Assembly (NCBI RefSeq): GCF_963921235.1 | Contig: NC_086097.1 | Location: forward strand, 158,784,001-158,848,000 | Length of the DNA stretch: 64,000 bases | Source: Mobula hypostoma | Lineage: Eukaryota | Reading direction: 5' to 3' | In this document: positions 52,569 through 64,000 of the stretch, one piece after another | How positions within the stretch are numbered: position 1 is the stretch's first letter | Layout: every line of letters begins with the position of its first letter | Notes under the pieces: model-generated | Told to the model about the DNA's origin: nothing | Database searches by the model: none | Seen by the model: the letters and a program-made list of their open reading frames with translations, nothing else | Program-made: the position numbers and the translations under genes

Positions 52569-53046
52569 AATTTTCTTTCAAAGAAAATCTCAGCCAGGAA
52601 GTGGATTCCCATTCTTAATTGGATTGATGAAAACTAAGACACAGATTGCAACCTCAGAGTGGTGAAGCTAGCTGAGTTCCCACACATTCTGAAGGGCGGC
52701 CTGTGAACGTTATTAAAATGACATCCAGGATATAACATAACCAACACTGGTAAAATAATGGGGGTTGCCACACACTCAAATATGCCTTATGACTCAAGTT
52801 ACAATTGAAGACTATATACTTTCAGGGCCTCTGTGAGGCATTTAAAAGACATCAATTATTTATAGTTTGTTCTGACCTTCTCATTTTTTAAGGCCTGAAG
52901 AGAGTGTACTTCAATTAAATATATTACTCGGTTACTTTCAGAAATGATGCTAGGGACAAACATATTGATTGTGGTTTACACTGGGAACACTGAATCTTCA
53001 ACTTGAGATATAATTTTGATTCTGCTTCTACATTTTTATCCAACAG

Positions 53047-53119
53047 GCAGACATGCTGGATGTGAATCAGATTATTAAGGACCTAGCATTACTGGTGCAC
53101 GAACAGGGAGAGAACATTG
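53047..53119 (+). CDS. TSNARE1: TSNARE1 coding exon (SNARE motif, central Q layer)
   Basis: Acceptor tttttatccaacag|GCA and donor ATTG|gtgagt; 73 nt, phase 0/1. Encodes ADMLDVNQIIKDLALLVHEQGENI(D). Not in the ORF track; found by reading the sequence. Confidence 0.9.
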
Positions 53120-54097
53120 GTGAGTGTCACACTAATGTTATAACTCTTCTGCCTTATCTTTTTTCTTTCTAATTCAGTTCAGTTTAATTTAAGAATTAAG
53201 GTTTCCAACACATTGGTGATGGTTCACATAGAATTATATGCTACAAGGAAGCCTTTCAACCCATCCAGTGAAATCCAATTAGTCCCAATCACTCTCAATT
53301 TCCCAGGCCCCACTGAATTTTCCTTTTAAAGGTAAATCTGCTTCCACCAGCTTTCACAGTTGTTTTAAGTTCATTTCGCAGAGCACCATTGTACAGCACG
53401 GGAACAAGTACTTCAGTTCGTCATGTCTCTCTCCCATTTATGACGCCAATCAACCTACTCCCATCTGCCTCCCTCTATTTCCTACCTATTCATGTGTCTG
53501 TCCAGATGCGTTTCAATCGTCACTACCTTCTCTGCTTGTTTCACACCAAATCCCTCCCACACACATGTTTGTTTCAATTAAAATTAATTAGGGCAGCTTT
53601 CGTTGATTCAATCAGATTGACCACCAGCGAAGAATTCTGAATAACCCACCTATTGTACTTTCCCACAGCATTCCGCAGTGTTTGGGCCTCCAGCTCATCA
53701 TCCAGCAGCTGAAGATGAAAGTGAGCCTCATGCATGTTTAGGATTGTTGTTAGGATGCCAACACCAGAAGGACTGCATCACTTTAAGGAAAAGGTTATCA
53801 GCCACCTTCTTATGATGACTTGAAATCAACATTGAACACATGAGTCAAAGGTGTTCCTGAACTTCAACAACATGCTATTAACTAAAGTTATTCCTGCAAA
53901 GGAGGAGGCTGTTTCAGCCCATTGATTCTGTGCTGGCTCACTGAGCTCGTTTTATTTTTCTATAACTTACTCATCTGACATTTCCATCAACCACAACCTC
54001 TCCCTCACGACTCCGTCTAACCTACACACTCTGGACAATGTACTGTACACTGGCCAAGTAACCTATCAACCTGCATGTCTTTGGTATGAGGTAGAAA

Positions 54098-57000
54098 ACT
54101 TATCTGGGTTGAACTCCATCTGCCGCTTCTCAACCCAGTTTTGCATCCAATCAATGTCCCACTGTAAACTCTGGCAGCCCTCCACACCATCCACAACACC
54201 ACCAACCTTTGTGTCATCAGCAAATTTACTAACCCATCCCTCCACTTCCTCCTCCAGGACATTTATAAAAATCACAAAGAGTAAGGGTCCCAGAACAGAC
54301 CCCTGAGGCACACGATTGGTCACCGACCTCCATGCAGAATATGACCCGTCTACAACCACTCTTTGCCTTCTGTGGGCAAGCCAGTTCTGGATCCAGAAAG
54401 CAATATCCCCTTGGATCCAACGCTTCCTTACTTTCTCAATAAGCCTTGCATGGTGTACCTTGTCAAATGCCTTGCTGAAATCCATATATGCTCTACCTTC
54501 ATCAATATGTTTAGTCACATTCTCAGAAAATTCAACCAGGCTCGTAAGGCACGACCTGCCTTTGACAAAGCCATAGTGACTACTCCTAATCATATTATCC
54601 CTCTCCAAATGTTCATAAGTCCTGCCTCTCAGGATCTTCTCCATCAACTTACCAACCACTGAAGTAAGACTCACTGGTCTATAATTTCCTGGGCTATCCC
54701 TACTCCCTTTCTTGAATAAGGGAACAACATCCGCAACCCTCCAATCCTCCAGAACCTCTCCCATCCCCATTGATGATGCAAAGATCATCGCCAGAGGCTC
54801 AGCAATCTCCTCCCTCGCCTCCCACAGTAGCCTGGGGTATATCTCATCCAGTCCTGGTGACTTATCCAATTTGATGTTTTCCAAAAGCTCCAACACATCC
54901 GCTTTCTTAACAGCTATATGCTCAAGCTTTTCAGTCCGCTGTAAGTCATCCCTACAATCACCAAGATCTTTATCTGTAGTGAATCATGAAGCAAAGTATT
55001 CATTATGTTCCTCAGCTATCTCCTCCGGTTCCATACACACTTTTCCACTGTCACACGTGATTGGTCCTATTCTCTCACGTCATATCCTCTTGCTCTTCAC
55101 ATACTTGTAGAATGCTTTGGGGTTTTTCTGAATCCTGTCTGCCAAGGCCTTCTCATGGCCCCTTCTGGCTCTCCTAATTTATTTCTTAAGCTCCTTCCTG
55201 CTAGCCTTATAATCTTCTAGATCTCTATCATTTCCCAGTTTTTTGAACCTTTCATAAGCTCTTCTTTTCTTCTCGACTAGATTTACAACAGCCTTTGTAC
55301 ACCAGCGTTCCTGCACCCTACCACCCTTTCCCTGTCTCTTTGGAACATACCTATACAGAACTCCACACAAATATGCCCTGAACATTTGCCACATTTCTTC
55401 TGTACATTTCCCTGAGAACATCTGTTCCCAATTTATGCTTCCAAGTTCTTGCCTGATAGCCTCATATTTCCCCTTACTCCAATTAAATGCTTTCCAAACT
55501 TGTCTGATCCTGTCCCTCTCCAATGCTATGGTAAAGGAGATAGAATTGTGATCACTATCTCCAAAATGCTCTCCCACTGAGAGATCTGACACCTGACCAG
55601 GTTCATTTCCCAATACTAGATCAAGCACAGCCTCTCCTCTTGTACGCTTATCTACATATTGTGTCAAGCAACCTTCCTGAAGACACCTAACAAACTCCAC
55701 CCCATCTAAACCCCCTGCTCTAGGGAGATGCCAATCGATAGTTGGGAAATTAAAATCTCCCACCACGATAACACTGTTATTATTACACTTTGCAAGAATC
55801 TGTCTCCCTATCTGCTCCTTGATGTCCCTGCCACTATTGGTAACTCTTGGCAGTGTGAAGGATCAGGGGGATCCTGGGGTCCGAGTCCATAAGACATTCA
55901 AAGCTGCTGCACAGTTTAATTCTGTGGTTAAGAAAGCATACAGTGTATTGGCTTTCATCAATCGTGGGATGGAGTTTAGTAGCTGAGAGTAATGTTGCAG
56001 CTATATCGGACCCTAGTCAGACTCCACTTGGAGTACTGTGCTCAATTCTGGTCGCCTCACTATAGGAAGGATGTGGAAACCTTAGAAAGGATGCAGAGGA
56101 GATCTACAAGACTTGGGGAACATGCCTTATGAGAATACGTTGAGTGAACTTGGCCTTTTTTCCTTGGAGCGACGGAGGACGAGAGGTGACTTGATAGAGG
56201 TGTATAAGATGATGAGAGGCACTGATCATGTGGATAGTCAGAAGCTTTTTTCTAGGGCTGAAATGGCTAACACAAGAGAGCACAGTTTTAAGATGCTGTG
56301 GAGTAGGTACAGAGGAGATGTCAGGGTGTAAATTTTTTACACAGAGAGTGGTGAGTGCATGAAATGGGCTGCCAGCGACAGTGGTGGAGGCAGATACAAT
56401 AGGGTGTTTTAAGAGACTCCTGGATAAGTACAGTGGTATGCAAAAGTTTGGGCACCCCTGGTCAAAATTTCTGTTACTGTGAATAGCTAAGCGAGTAAAA
56501 AATGAACTGATTTCCAAAAGGCAAAAAGTTAAAAATGACACATTTCTTTAATATTTTAAGCAAGAAAACTCATCAGTCCACAGGACCTGTTTCCAAATTG
56601 CATCACGCTCGTTTAGATGTTCCTTTGAACCTTTTGAATAGATCTTTTTGGCCACAATGAGCAAAGGTATGTTTGGAGAAAAAAGCTTGCAGAATTTCAT
56701 GAAAAGAACCCCTCTCCAACTGTTAAGCATGGGGGTGGATCGATCATGCTTTGGGCTTATGTTGCAGGTAGTGGCATGGGAAACATGTACTGGTAAAGAG
56801 AAATGTACTGGTAAAGGGAAATGTCAATTAAATGTCCGCAAATTCTGGAAGCAAACATCATACCGTCTGTATAAAAGCCAAAGATGAAAAGAGGATGGCT
56901 TCTACAAGGGGATAATGAACCTAAACACACCTCAAAATCCACAATGGACTACCTCAAGAGGCGCAAGCTGAAGGTTTTGCCATGGCCCATACAGTCCCCT

Positions 57001-57353
57001 GACCTAAACATCATCGAGAATCTGTGGATAGACCTCAAAAGAGCAGTGCATGCAAGACAGCCCAAGAATCTCACAGAACTAGAAGCCTTTTGCAAGGAAG
57101 AATGGGCGGAAATCCCCCAAACAAGAATTGAAAGACTCTTAGCTGGCTACAAAAAGTGTTTACAAGCTGTGATACTTGCCAAAGGGGGTGTTACTAAGTA
57201 CAGGGTGCCCAAACTTTTGGCATGCCACTGTACATGGAGCTTAGAAAAATAGAGGACTATGGGTAACCCTAGGTAATTTCCAAGGTAAGGACATGTTCAG
57301 CACAGCTTTGTGGGCCGAAGGGCATGTATTGTGCTGTACATTTTCTATATTTC
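54098..57353. mobile_element. CR1 LINE with 5' inversion (54098-55841 minus; 55842-57353 plus), interrupted by Tc1
   Basis: The minus part runs from the endonuclease to MEFNPDK; the plus part resumes at TLGSV and runs to the 3' tail. Very similar to the copy at 26897-29705. Confidence 0.88.
56431..57230 (+). mobile_element. Tc1/mariner transposon, internally deleted
   Basis: TIRs CAGTGGTATGCAAAAGTTTGGGCACCC / GGGTGCCCAAACTTTTGGCATGCCACTG with TA TSD. Transposase C-terminus LQGDNEPKH...WPIQSPDLNIIENLW. Confidence 0.93.
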
Positions 57354-57577
57354 TAAAACCAGGAAGCCCGTGCACTCAGATTGCACAAGTGGTCGGAGTC
57401 ACAGTGGGTCCCCGAAGCTGTAAGGCAACGGTCCTACTATTATGTCTCATCATTTTGTGCACTATGGTTTTATTAGGATTATAATCCTGCAGTGAAGCAA
57501 TATAATGACACAGTTTGTAATCTTAATCACAGGAGTGCATTTTATGCACTTTATACATTTTGATATTTACCTTACAG

Positions 57578-57660
57578 ATAGTATTGAAGCCAATATTGAG
57601 AGAGCAGCTACAAATGTTGATACAGCTAATGAGCAGCTAATGAAAGCAAGTCAGCACCAG
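57578..57660 (+). CDS. TSNARE1: TSNARE1 coding exon (C-terminal half of SNARE motif)
   Basis: Acceptor ccttacag|AT and donor CAG|gtaagc; 83 nt, phase 1/0, completing the G|AT Asp codon. Encodes DSIEANIERAATNVDTANEQLMKASQHQ. Confidence 0.9.
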
Positions 57661-60600
57661 GTAAGCCTGGCTTTTTCTCTATCCAAAAGACATTCCTGGC
57701 TTAATTTAAACTGGGTTGGACTCCTCTCAATGTTTCTGAATGCCATCCCTTTGGATTGTCCAAGATCTGGAGTCAGCCAGCTTCAGCATTTACCATTACG
57801 GCCAGAAAAAATAACTAGAAATACTGTGCAAAATAGCAATAAAAATGGTAATTCCGATGTCACTCTAAGCAGGCAAAGAGAACTTTAATGTGAATCCTGA
57901 ATCCTCTGTAAAAAATTTATGACAGTGACATCTATCTCATAAGTCCATTTTTATTGTCAATATTTCTTGCACCAGAAATTGTGAGTAAAACCAATGACTT
58001 TTCAGAACTAGCAATCATTTGAACTACTGGAAGTAATTTTAACTTTGAGTAAAGGTGTGAAAAGGGTTATATTGAATGATTCATCCATTATACATCTGCC
58101 TGAATTTCCCTTCCATTGATTTCAGTGCTGAAGGAATTGGTGCATGATTAGAGATCAGTTCATGTTCATTCATTTTACACCATTGTTCAAAATGGAAGCA
58201 TTCCTATGACATTTGTATTGTATTTTTTTTCCATTCCTACATTCTCTGTTGTGTTATTTATATTCTATCCCCTTCTGTTAGAGTGTTCGTAAATTATCTC
58301 CTTCTGTCTGCAAGAAAGCTGTACAAGTACAGTAGAAAGATCCATTTGTAGTCTGTGTTACCTGACTATATAATTACCTGTATATTTCACAGTCACATCT
58401 TATTAGTAAATCACATAAGTCTACTGATTCCTCAAAAATACGTAATTTTTTCATGTATTTTGCAAACAGTTGACATAAAATAGGTGTATGTTTCTTTAAA
58501 CATGCATTCCACTGATTGTACTATAAAATGACATGCTGGAAGAATAAATATTGAAGCTATGGGGGAAGGGGGCACATTTTTGTGCTTTGTGACTTTATTG
58601 TTGCCTGTCATTCTATCAAGCCAGACATTGTGTACACTAGTTGACTGAACTAAACGAGAATTTGCCCGTGTTCTTTTGTGTTACTCATGATTAATAAAGC
58701 ATAATGTACTTGAAGACATTAAACATTTTGCTCATCATTGATTCTCATCCGTGTTGGATACACATATCCAGAAATTATAACCTTTCAGGGTCTAAGTTGC
58801 TGGTAGTTAATATTAAAGGATATAAAAAGTCAGACTGCAGTAATGATTTCTAGCCAATAGTGGTTTGACAATTATTTACCATCTAGAAGTTCCAGTATTT
58901 TCAATAATATTTTTCAGTATAAGGAAGTTGGAAAGTTGAGCAAGTTTTAAAATATTTCCAACAGCAAAATACGTTTGTACTTTGGAAATTTGAGATACAT
59001 CAGGAATGGTAAAAGTTCTCAGCAGATCAGGCAGCTTCACTGATGAAAGGTGATTGATCTGTTTTTCTCTTCACAAGTGATACCAGACTGCTATGATTAA
59101 GCTATAATGTAAAATTCAAGTCAAAATGTCAGCATTAATTTTATTGTTAAATGTGCAAATACATATATTCAGATGTGCAAGGAGAAACTTACTTGCAGCA
59201 GCATCAGAGACACATGGCATCATATGAGCAGCATTCATAAGAAAAACTTAAATTAAACACAAATTATAAACAATTCTCTAAGAAGGGCCACAATTAGAAC
59301 AAAATAACCTATAAACTTCATTTTAGTGCAAATTGCTCTAATGTGGCTGAACTCCAGACTGTATTGGAGTACCTTAATATTACTACATTTTAAGAAAAAT
59401 AATGAAATTCATGAGGTTCTATGCTAGCATTTAACAACAACATCTAGGACATTTTTAATAGATTGAGATACCAAAGTGCTTCACCTTCAGTGTTATCGGA
59501 TAACATATTTTTACTTGGAGGTGAAATTACACCTGTCATGGTAGTTAAAATGGAATCAATCAGAGATTACCAGAAATTGGAGGAGGGTGCAGAAAAGAAC
59601 AGGTGAATGGAATAGATTTAATTGTTCTGTCCGGCACCAGCAAAGAGTGCAAAAGCTGAATGACCCTTTTTGTGTCATTAAAGATTCGTTGAATCATACT
59701 CGGACATTGTATGGAATGAGATCAGTTCTAATAATGACATATAGTTTTGTTGATCAAATCAGCTTTTGAGGGTAAAAAATTGAATTCTTAGAAGAGGGAG
59801 CGGAAATGCCTTACGGAATCATATTTTTTCATGCAGAAAATCGAATTAACATTAATGATATTTGTGCTTCAAGTGGTACAGAGATTAAGAGTAAACTTTC
59901 CTCTACTCAGTCCTGACAAGACTCTTCTAACTTTATGTGATGAAAACTGTCCATCACCAAAGGTAGCCTGACTTTTCTATCATTACCTGTTCCTGAAGTT
60001 CTCTAGGGGTTCCTGTCAATTTAATCTTGCAGTGAAACTGTACCTTTTTTCTGTCCCACCAGTCAAGCTTGGATTTCAGTTAGAGGTTCAGAAAATTAGC
60101 CCGCGATTTTCTATCTTACTGGTATAATGTTCACGTCGTGGTCTTTAGATCTGTGCCCTGTAAGTTTAGTTTTAGGTTGAATAATTGGCAGAGCCCTTCA
60201 TCCCCTATCTGCTTTATCAGAGGCTCCTCACATGGAAGAGCAGACAACATGTTAAATCACAGATGCCGCAGGGCTATGGAATCTGCTGAAGCTTAAAATG
60301 TTTGGCACCCCTGCAGAAAGAGTAGGTGGGATATGTCCATTAGCCTGTTATTTGACCATGTTTACTAAAATAGGCCGTTTTGATCTTTTTGATCATTTTG
60401 ACCTTTGACAGGATCTCACTGTGCTTTCATAAAAGTCCCTTAGATGATAATGGAACATAAACTTATAATATTAGTTAATGAAGCACTACCATTTCACTTG
60501 CAATGCACACATCAATGCTTCTGGTAGCTGACAAAATTAGGACTGGATGGCTTCCACATGTGCAGAAGTAGATGGACCCCATTTGCTTCTGCCTAATACC

Positions 60601-60780
60601 TTATTCTCGGTACCTCAAGTTTAGATATCTGTCATATTGAAGTTATGTGCCGGTTCCTGCCAGATGGAATGTACAAAAATGCTTCTTTGAAAAGTGGCAT
60701 GTCGGGATCCCTTGTTTACCAAGTAGAATGAGTGATTCTCAAACATTAAAAGGATATAGTTTGAAATTGGACTCCATATT

Positions 60781-61443
60781 AGATTAGATTATGAGGACAC
60801 TCGGTCCTCGTTTATTGTCATTTAGAAATGCATGCATTAAAAAATCATACAAATGTTTCTCCGGTATGATATCACAGAAACACAAGACAGACCAAGACTA
60901 AAACTGACAAAAACCACATAATTATAACATAGTTACAACAGTGTAAAGCAATACTGTAATTTGATAAGAGCAGACCATGGGCACGGTAAAAAAAGGTCTC
61001 AAAGTCCCGATAGCCCATCATCTCATGCAGACAGTGGAAGGAAGAAACTCTCCCTGCCATGAGCTTTCAGCGCCGCAAACTTGCCAATGCAGCATCCTGG
61101 AAGCACCCGACCACAGTCCGACTCTTGAGTCCATCCGAAAACTTGGAGCCTCTGACACCAAGCACTGTGCACCATCTCTGCCGAGAGCTTCGACCCCGGC
61201 CCCGGCTGCCAAGCAACAGGCAAAGCCGAGGATTTGGGGCCTTCCCCTCTGGAGATTTCGGATCACACAGTAGCAGCGGCAGTGAAGCAGGCATTTCAGA
61301 AGTTTCACCAGATGTTCCTCCGTGCACTCACGTATGCTTCCAACAAATCAGAATTGTGCACGGCCTCCTACTTGACAGATTACAAATATTCATCACCAGA
61401 GAGGCTGCATGCGCTGCGTCGCGCCGCCATCTTCTCCTCCTCC
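60781..61443 (-). mobile_element. Non-coding SINE-like retroelement
   Basis: On the minus strand it starts GAGGAGGAGAAGATGGCGGCG and ends with a hairpin (GAGGAC-CGAGT-GTCCTC) and a (TAATC)n tail. Confidence 0.5.
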
Positions 61444-62299
61444 TAATCCAAACTCATGATATTAGTTAAGATAAATTTAGACACCTCTCAAGCAAAGATC
61501 ATCAAAGCAGTCTCCTTTCTGCCTTTGCAATAACATTGTTTTCTGCTCCATTTCAAAAGTAATTTGAGTCAAAAAGTGATGGTCTTAGCAGTGCATTGGT
61601 AATTCCCAAGTAGTCAAAATGTATGAAAGCAGCACAGTGACTGAAGTCACCGGCCATTGGACTGCCAAATGAGATTTGATGTTTTGAAGAAAATTACTAA
61701 GCATATATATTTCCTGATCTATTTAAGTTATCATAGCTAAAGAATGATTGTAACATGGACTGGAAGTATTTAAAAGGCTCTTAGCTAGGCACATAAATAT
61801 GCAGAGAATAGAGGGATATGGACCATGTGCAAGCAGAAGGGATTAATTTAATTAGGTGTCATTAGCCTAATTAGTTCAGCACAATATTGTTTGCTGAAGT
61901 GTCTGTTCCTGTGCCGTACTGCTCTGTGTTATATATTCTGTATTCTATGATTCATTATATTAATTCTTGAGATGATGAGCTTATTCTTTGAGAACAAATT
62001 TAGTAAGAATGGCCTGTACTCTCTGGACATGAGAAGAAAGATTGGCGATCTTATTGAAACAGAGAGCAGATCATTTTTAACATGTTCTTGCAACTGTCAT
62101 GCAAACAAAACAACAACCAGTGTTCATGAAGGATGGGCCAACAGGCAGCAATGAAAATAAAAAATGGTTATGCTTTGGTTGGGAGACAATTGAAAGCTCT
62201 GTCTCTAGGTGCATCCATTGCCATACGTAAATGATGTCACTTAACCTTTTACATTCAGTGGTCACATTGGATGTGGATCACATACCTCATTGACAAGAG

Positions 62300-63368
62300 A
62301 ATGTTCAAAGGTTCATTTTATTTCCAAAGTATGTACACAGAATACAACTCTGAGATATGTCTTCTTCAGATAACCATGAAATACAGATAAAACATGGAAG
62401 TCATTGAAAGCAAAGACATCAGTATCCCCCCGACATACACACAAAAAAGAAGCAGAAACAGAACTCGCAAACCCCAAACCCTCAAACCTCTCCCTTGCAC
62501 AAAAACTGACAGATCGCCCTCCGAACTCAGTGGTGGAAACATCAAATCCTAACCCCGACAAGCCCCTCCCACACAAAAAAACAACGGCAATAACATCAAA
62601 CCCCCAACCTCTCTCGTACACAAAAATCTAACAGATTGCTCACGCAGAAAAACACTAACTAATACATCAGACCTCAAATCCCCAATCTCTCCTTTGCCCA
62701 AAAAAGTAACATAATTACCAACACTCCAATTGACAACAAGAAAGAAAATGGAAAAAAAATGAAGGAGACCAATATAAACTACAGTCCATACCAGTAAACA
62801 CGTGTATCTTGGAACTTTGAAAACAACCTCCATCAGCATCAAGGAGAATGACAACTCAAACTCGGTCCTTCTGTGGGTAACGACCACCAACCTGCAGCTA
62901 TTCCACCTCCTGCCCAACCTGTGAAGAGCACCCTCCGGCCCGATGCCGCCCCCCCCCCCCACCCCCACCACAACCGACCGCCAGCCCAGCCCGGCCGCCC
63001 AAACTCCTGTCTGACCCGCACACCTGACCTCTGGACCAATGCAGCCTCTCGACCTTCATCCCAACCCGTGGAAAGCGACCACCGACCCAGCCTACTCTGC
63101 ATTCAACTGGATGTTGCAATTTTCCTCAATGCTCAAATCGGCAAGAAATTGAGCCGATCATGGCCCCCCGCGCCTCGTCTCTGATCTCCTGTTCGGGACA
63201 ACTCATGTTGGTGATTGTTTCCTGGAATTTTCATGGGGACAGCAGAGCGCCAGATCACTAGTTTGAACTCCAAACTGTAAGTCACCGTCTCCAATAGTCT
63301 CCAGAGCACAATTAAGATAAAAAGAATAAGTAAAATGCATGGTATTTCAGAAAAATGAAATAATTGAC
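62300..63368 (-). mobile_element. Non-coding SINE-like element with Rex1-like tail
   Basis: Left end gttcaaaggttcattttatttccaaagtatgtacacagaatacaactctgag; homologous to the element at 34542. Cut off by the Tigger-like element. Confidence 0.5.
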
Positions 63369-63370
63369 TA

Positions 63371-64000
63371 CAGGTGTCCCCTGCTTTTCGAACATTCGCT
63401 TTACAAAACCTCACTGTTACGAAAGACCTACATTAGTACCCTGTTTTCGCTTTCAGGTGTTTTCACTGTTATGAAAAAAATCAGTGCGCGATAAAAAGCC
63501 GCGCACGCCCCGAGCAGCCGCGCTCCCCCAGATTCGGAATGGCATTGCTTTAACACTTTGCATTGAGCAGCCGTTTGCAAAATGAGTTCTGAGGTATTGG
63601 AAAAGCCTGAAAGAGCTCGTACGGGTGTTACATTTAGCGTAAAACTAGGCATAATTAAGCGTTTTGATCGTGGTGAACGAAATAAGGACAAAGTGAGTTT
63701 GACTTGTGGAAGCTGACGAAGATGATGTTGAAGAGGTTTTGGCATCCCATGACCAAGAGCTGATAGATGAAGAGCTGATGCAATTGGAAGAGGAAAGGAT
63801 AACAATCGAAACCGAATGCAGTAGCTTAATGAACGTGAAGCCACTGCGTGAGATTTTCGCTGCAATGATAAAGTACGACTTTAATTTTGAAAGGGTATGT
63901 CGGTTTAGGGGATATTTGCAAGATGGTTTCAGTCCTTACAAAGAACTGTATGATAGAAAAATGCGCGATGCTCAGCAGTCAAGCAAGCCTTCCACATCAG
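63371..64000 (+). mobile_element. Tigger/pogo-like transposon deletion derivative (runs off window)
   Basis: TA-CAGGTGTCCCC start. HTH-psq-like MSSEVLEKPERARTGVTFSVKLGIIKRFDRGERNKD is fused directly to a C-terminal acidic remnant (VEADEDDVEEVLASHDQEL). Confidence 0.75.

Noticed and set aside
58281..58334. Candidate terminal TSNARE1 exon (SVRKLSPSVCKKAVQVQ*)
   Set aside because: No transmembrane segment or similarity to syntaxin C-termini; the terminal exon probably lies beyond the window.
60977..61469. Cluster of overlapping ORFs on both strands
   Set aside because: GC-rich interior of a non-coding repeat with no recognisable protein motifs; the same applies to 62549-63414.

Overview
Repeat-rich vertebrate genomic DNA, most likely from a cartilaginous fish (ray/shark; inferred from V-SINE/HE1-like SINEs and abundant CR1, Rex1 and Penelope repeats). 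The only host gene I can support is TSNARE1 on the + strand. It has three coding exons (21450-21638, 53047-53119, 57578-57660) that splice in frame into a Qa-SNARE motif; the N-terminal and transmembrane exons are not found in the window. The rest is intronic and filled with CR1, Rex1/Babar and L1 LINE fragments, Penelope-like elements, Tc1, Tigger and Harbinger DNA transposons, SINEs and a solo LTR. The most notable observation is a two-LTR Gypsy-type element (37371-42222, - strand) whose RT/RNaseH/integrase core is replaced by an intron-less fragment of host RBM25 mRNA, read in the pol frame; this resembles retroviral gene transduction. Second, many Penelope terminal repeats carry minimal type-I hammerhead ribozyme motifs, including 130-240 bp TSD-flanked mini-elements. 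Third, a CR1 with twin-priming-type 5' inversion sits in a SINE>CR1>Tc1 nest. Family assignments come from motif recognition by eye, not database searches, and most repeat boundaries are approximate.
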